A stretch of 58,194 nucleotides of DNA, the filler included, from Jimgerdemannia flammicorona (lineage: Eukaryota): the NCBI GenBank assembly GCA_003990765.1. It is 2 parts of 2 records of this genome, joined end to end, with 100 filler letters (N's around TTAATTAATTAA, not from the genome) between each part and the next. Parts side by side here need not be neighbours in the genome. Positions count along the whole stretch, not along the records: positions 29,156 to 58,194 come from RBNJ01000525.1; 1 more part is not named here. The stretch is one strand, 5' to 3'. Positions 53,001-58,194 of this stretch are shown in pieces (position 1 is the stretch's first letter; each line of letters begins with the position of its first letter). The translations under genes were made by a program, and so were the position numbers. The notes under the pieces are model-generated. The model was not told the origin of the DNA and did no database searches. It saw nothing but the letters and a program-made list of their open reading frames with translations.

Positions 53001-53230
53001 AGCGAGCGTTGTAGTGTATAGGGAAGCATCTTGATTTGACTTGCGCCACACATTGCTGCCGGGATTCCAAATCTCGGATGCTCGGACCTCGTAATATTAA
53101 ACGCATTTTCCAATAACCATTAAGAGCCACGTTTCGTGACCAAGTGTTGATGCATGACAAGAACATTTTTTTTTTCGGCTAAAATATTATCGTCAACTTT
53201 GGCAGGAACTATGTATTTTGTGTATTTTCA

Positions 53231-53261
<31 letters not shown>

Positions 53262-56200
53262 TTGTATATTATGTTCTGTGGATCGACAGCGTGATGAAGG
53301 AATATAATGACATCTTCGGGCCACGGCTTTCGTTAAGTACAGCCTATGGCTACGAGAGTCGGACGAAACATTGGAATCTTGAACACCAAATCTACAAACT
53401 TTCGCTGAATATTATCTCAGCTAGAATTAACTATTTCAGTTCGAACTTTAACGCAAACTCATTAATCAACATTCACCAGTGCAACTTGCAGATATCAAAC
53501 ATTTGAAGACGGGCGTCAAGTTCGTCGCATTATGTCAGCCGAAATTTACCCCCTTCGGCATGCATTCACCCCGCAGAGTGATCGCGGAGTTTAGATTTAT
53601 GGCTGTGTCAAGCAAGAAAGGCAAGAAACGGGGTCCAATCATCGGCTCGTTATCCGGAAGCAAACCAGAAAGAGTTACGGTTATCGAAGAAATTGAATGG
53701 GGCACAAATAGAACGTAAGTATTGACAACCCGAGCACCACTTGTTGTTCCTGTCATTGCTTGTGCTCATGTGCTGGCCGAATATGGTTGTTATAATCAGG
53801 CTAGAGTGCGGTGACCGGGAATTATGTCGTACGAGGCGCTATTGATGACGCTTGAGTTGCGTCTGGAACGAAAGAACACTGTTTTAGAGGGTGATCGTCT
53901 GGAGAGGGCGGTCGGCTGGTTAGTGCACACTTGGCTGATTGTTTAGGTGCGGATATGATTGTTTGTTGACAACTGCAATGCATGCATTATTTTGATAGTG
54001 ACAGGCTTTCGGGCGTTCGGCCCCCGCAATGAGTATTTACGTTCCGGAAGGCTCGTCCGGGGCATCTCTTCTTCCATCCTGACTCCCCACCCCGTTTGGA
54101 TCACCTATTGCACCTTAGTAATGACGTCCATTTACCATTTACTACTAAACTCGAGCGCGTTCTTTATTTTTATTTATTTTTGCGAAAGTTCCATCCACCA
54201 CAAATTCTAATGGTGCGGTAAGTTAAACAGGTATCGCCAGTAAAAGGAGCCGGCGACACGCATCGATTTCTGGCTCCATGACGTGAGGGTTTCCCATTGA
54301 TCGAGTGGGTATTACACATGCGTCCAAGTAAAGCCGACTTTGCCCAACGTCGTAACATAGTCAAGGTGCAGACTTCATCTTTGTCTCGGTTAACGGAAGT
54401 TATCCGCGAACTTGTCTACGTCAAATATGGTTTGCCCATACAATATGAGGGAGCATACACAACCGACTCTGATAATGTTAAGTCGGTGGCTATCAAGGTC
54501 AGGGATAGTGAATGTGGCAAACATCTAAACTGCGGATTAATTGACCATCCGCACCACTTGCTATTGTGAGTTTCGTGCCACTGTTGTGTCACTATTTTTA
54601 GCTTCACGGCTCTGCAGATGCAAATACGAAACGATGCGTACATCGGACACCGCCACCGGACGAATGCCGATCGGAAAACTTCCATTTCTGTCCCGTCCGT
54701 TTCGTTCCTTACTCCGCCTTTGATAGATTATGTCAGCTTCTAGGCCCTTGATAGTGCCTTTGAGGAATGATCATCCGGTGATTTACAATTACAAACAGTA
54801 TTATATGGATACTCACAACATCGGAGCGTCGTTTTACGCATAACAAAATTGACTAATTCATTTCGGGCAGTTCCGTGACATTGTTAGTTAATCGGCGTAA
54901 GCCCTGATACGCTGGGTCTGAACTTTCGAATCCTCGCATAGACTTTCTTGCTTGTAGGGGTACTGATGTCATTTGCTGACGGGATTCCGCGCCGGGTCGA
55001 ATTACGATTCTCGATATCCGTCATTGGTATGTCATAATCCCTTCGTAATACAATCCTTGAATTACGAAATTCAAACGAACTTGAGAACTCACAAACCTCG
55101 GGAGATCTGAACTTCCGTGTGTCCTTGTCCCGATTCATGTTCTACATGATTAATTACATGCAGGAAATATCGAAATAGAGTATAAAAATCAGGAAGCGGG
55201 TGATTGTGTGACGGATGAAACACTAGTTAGTATTGTAAAGGGACAATGTCAACCACAAGTATCATTTCAACTACGGCGCGAGTTTCCGGAAGCCCTATTT
55301 TTCGTAATCTTTTAAGATTTGGGAATGGTCCCAATTTACGCGATCGATTTCAAGCTCATTGACCAACAAACGGCAGCGTCGATTTTTGTCTTACATTCAC
55401 CAATTTGAGTTCGTACCCAGGGCACAGTTTATTTTCATTTTTTTCACGCCAGCCGAAATAAATGCATACGACCTTTGGAAACAAATCGGTAAGTCTCACA
55501 CACGTCGTTATTCTTACTATGGGAAATGTTCTCTGCTTTGAAACTAACCAAGCGCGACTTTGACATTCATAAATAAGATCCAGTTTTCGATCATTGTTTT
55601 ACGCTTAATATATTTTTATTATACATCTGCAGTTACCTGTGTTTCTTCTATTTCTTTGGATAATATGTACTCAGCCTCGCGACACATTTGTTTTATTTTG
55701 ACGCTGCTCGTCGTCTATGGCTTTACCAATTATAATCGAGCAATACCGGTCGGTCGAGTGGAATTAGCACTTCCGTAGAATCATCAGACTGATTCCAACA
55801 ATACCATATTAATTGCAAATTTTCAATCATCGGCTGAACCAAAGAAAAATGAAGCTCTTTGTTTTACATATTATTTTAATTTTTCGGCGAACAACGCCAA
55901 GTATAACATGGAAAGCCATAACTAAACATAAACAACATTAAAACCTATTCCTTCGCACAAAAGTAAACGCAAAGGCAATATTTACAGCGTCGTGTAATTT
56001 AACATGAGGGAGAAAAGGGGAATTGGTGCTTATTAAAAGTGCACGGGGCGGCAAACAACCCATAGAGGTGTGAGCGGCATGTTTTAATCATGAGCGGCCG
56101 AATGAGTAAAAGGAAGCATCTCCCACTCGCGATGTCCAAAAAAAAAAAAATCGCTGATAGAACCTCTCAAACTGCCTTTCAAAACACTTTCAGCTCTTCG

Positions 56201-56275
56201 GCCATCAATATACTCATCAGCATCCCGCTTGTCAATCATTATACTTGCCTCTCAAGCCCAATTTCAACCGCACGC

Positions 56276-56510
56276 ATGGCCTACCTTCGGCAAGTCGACA
56301 ATGTAGATATATTCGTGCCTTCACTGGGTCCAGTCAAAGTGAACCAAGACTCCCCGGTCGACATCTTGCCTGAAGAGCAACAGGTACGTAACATAGGCAT
56401 AATATCCAGAAAATATAACAAGCGATGCACTAAATTTTTCACTACCAGAATCCGACCACCCACGTCGTCCTCTGGGGAGCGACATTCCGCCTTCCTCGCT
56501 CTCGAGGCAA
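56276..56510 (+). CDS. Possible 5' end of an unknown gene truncated by a TE
   Basis: MAYLRQVDNVDIFVPSLGPVKV...; GTACGT...CAG intron-like segment at ~56383-56448. Confidence 0.3.
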
Positions 56511-56524
56511 ACCCCGTTCATAGT

Positions 56525-57300
56525 CATTTAGTTCTATTCATAAAATAGATAAAGGCTGGACCCTTCGACGAAACCAATGCACAGATAATTGCTGAATTCC
56601 TGTATAGAGAAATCATCTGCTGATTCAGGATACTAATATAATTGACCACAGACAGAGAAACACAATTCATTAACCACTTCCACCAAACCCTCTAAAAGAA
56701 ATATAAAATACAGCATACCTAGATTACAGTATATTACCTACAAGAAACAGATAAGTAGAAAGAATAAACAAGACACTCAAGAATATTGTTCTCAAGATCT
56801 AGTGAATATAAAAACTTAGATCATTATCTATCAGCAGCACTATCAGCTCTCAGAGATATATGATCATAAAGCATCTACTTTATATTCTGAGAAATGTTAT
56901 TTAGAAAAAAGGTTCTGAAGAAACCCTATTATTAAATAGTAATATAATTTAAAAAATATAAATATTGAGATCTGAAAATTATATCAGATAAGAAAGAAGA
57001 TAGAAGATTATATAATTAAGTTTTAGATATTTTAGAGAAAAGTTACTAGAGTTTATATAAATTAGAGATCAAGTCTTATTATATTAAAATATTGTAAAAA
57101 TCTCATAATTATATAAATTAAAACTTAAGAAAAAAGAACTATTCTATATATAAAATATAAAGAAGATTATTTTTTTAACTATAAAACTCTTATATATTAT
57201 TATTCTTATAACTGTTTATGAAAACCAACTTAAGAAATACTATTGATAATAACTAAAATATAATTACTACTCAAATTTATAAATACTATTTAATAAACTA
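56525..57300 (+). mobile_element. Decayed Gypsy integrase fragment related to family A
   Basis: LFIK*IKAGPFDETNAQIIAEFLYREIIC..TTDRETQFIN parallels DLFTKWIEAGLFIEANAQSITDFFYKEIIC. Confidence 0.85.
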
Positions 57301-57322
57301 TAGTATAATATAGTAGATATAT

Positions 57323-58194
57323 TGTAATGTAGTAGACACTAAGATGGACAAGTATGTCAGATTTCTGTATCTTGAAAACTTGACTGTTCCGACTTTCACA
57401 GAGTCTCTTGAAGTTGCAGGGGAGGGTGGGTAAGTTCAAAGTGTATCTGCCTGCAGACTTACTAGTTCCTTTGCTATCTCTTTGCTTTGAACTATTTCGA
57501 TCTGAGATTTATTCACTTGAAGATACTGGGTTATTTATACAAGTTTGCTAGCTATAAGATAGTTACTGGGTTATATGGCTAAGTTATGAGTCATTTAACA
57601 CTTTGCGAAATATTTCGCCAGTTGTGAAATGCTATACTATATCGAGAAGCTTGATCTTGCACTTTGTGAAATATTTAGCAAATGGCAGAATTAAGGACTG
57701 CTAACTATGTGGCTATACTACTTTGAGACTGGGTGTGATTAAGTGTCTGTTCCCTATTTCCTTCTTCCAAATCTGGCTATACCATCACAACTTCCTCCTG
57801 AATAGATGATCTCATCCCTGAAGCATCTATTCAAACTCCCAAGCTTCAATGGTCTATATGGTCTTGTATTGTATGATTTGTTGCATTACTGTTTCCCAAT
57901 AGTGTCGCCTGACTTAGTCAAAGTCCGAGGGAGTCACTTCTCATAGGTGGGCTAGTGCTGATTCATCCACTTGGAATAGCTTGTGGATTCTCTTAGCAAT
58001 GGTGATCTGGGAATAGGAGAGCTGGCATTCTGTGATCCAATTTTCTTTGGTTATTTCTGGGTCTTGGTTGAGTACTTGACCAAGTTTGAAGTACTCTTGG
58101 AATTCGTTTTAATGCTGATAGGCCTTGAAGTGTGAGATTCAGGAGAGATGAGTCTACACGATACTTTGGATACTGTTATAGGACTCCTCTATTT
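57323..58194 (-). mobile_element. Second family A Gypsy copy: 3' LTR (57323-57789) plus ORF3, truncated by the window end
   Basis: Colinear with 8829-9700. Confidence 0.96.

Noticed and set aside
53480..55140. Coding-like fragments
   Set aside because: Interrupted frames with no identifiable family.

Overview
Eukaryotic, repeat-rich fungal DNA. An early-diverging Mucoromycota/Glomeromycota-like origin is inferred from the Crinkler gene, TKL kinase remnant and dUTPase-bearing Ty3 elements; this is not proven. About half the window is nested retrotransposons with heavy C>T/G>A decay. These are: an old Ty3/Gypsy remnant interrupted by a Ty1/Copia (6829-18655) that itself contains a full-length dUTPase Ty3/Gypsy (8829-15529); three long related LTRs; a second dUTPase Gypsy (20324-~28700); an Ngaro tyrosine-recombinase retrotransposon (36724-41682); and more Gypsy at the right edge. 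Host-type sequences are mostly effector/immunity-like or decayed: NLR-like remnants (TPR array, NB-ARC P-loop), a Crinkler-header gene followed by 13 tandem one-LRR-per-exon units, a TKL kinase pseudogene, a pectate lyase pseudogene, a ubiquitin-Zn-domain fusion with stops, and an apparently intact F-box gene. The most notable observations are the CRN-LRR exon-cassette array, a type III hammerhead-ribozyme-like motif at 3909-3966 (-), extra ORFs and Cys/His domains in the Gypsy elements, and RIP-like, position-dependent hypermutation. An artificial 100-bp gap linker lies at 29056-29155. All calls are by eye; no searches were run.
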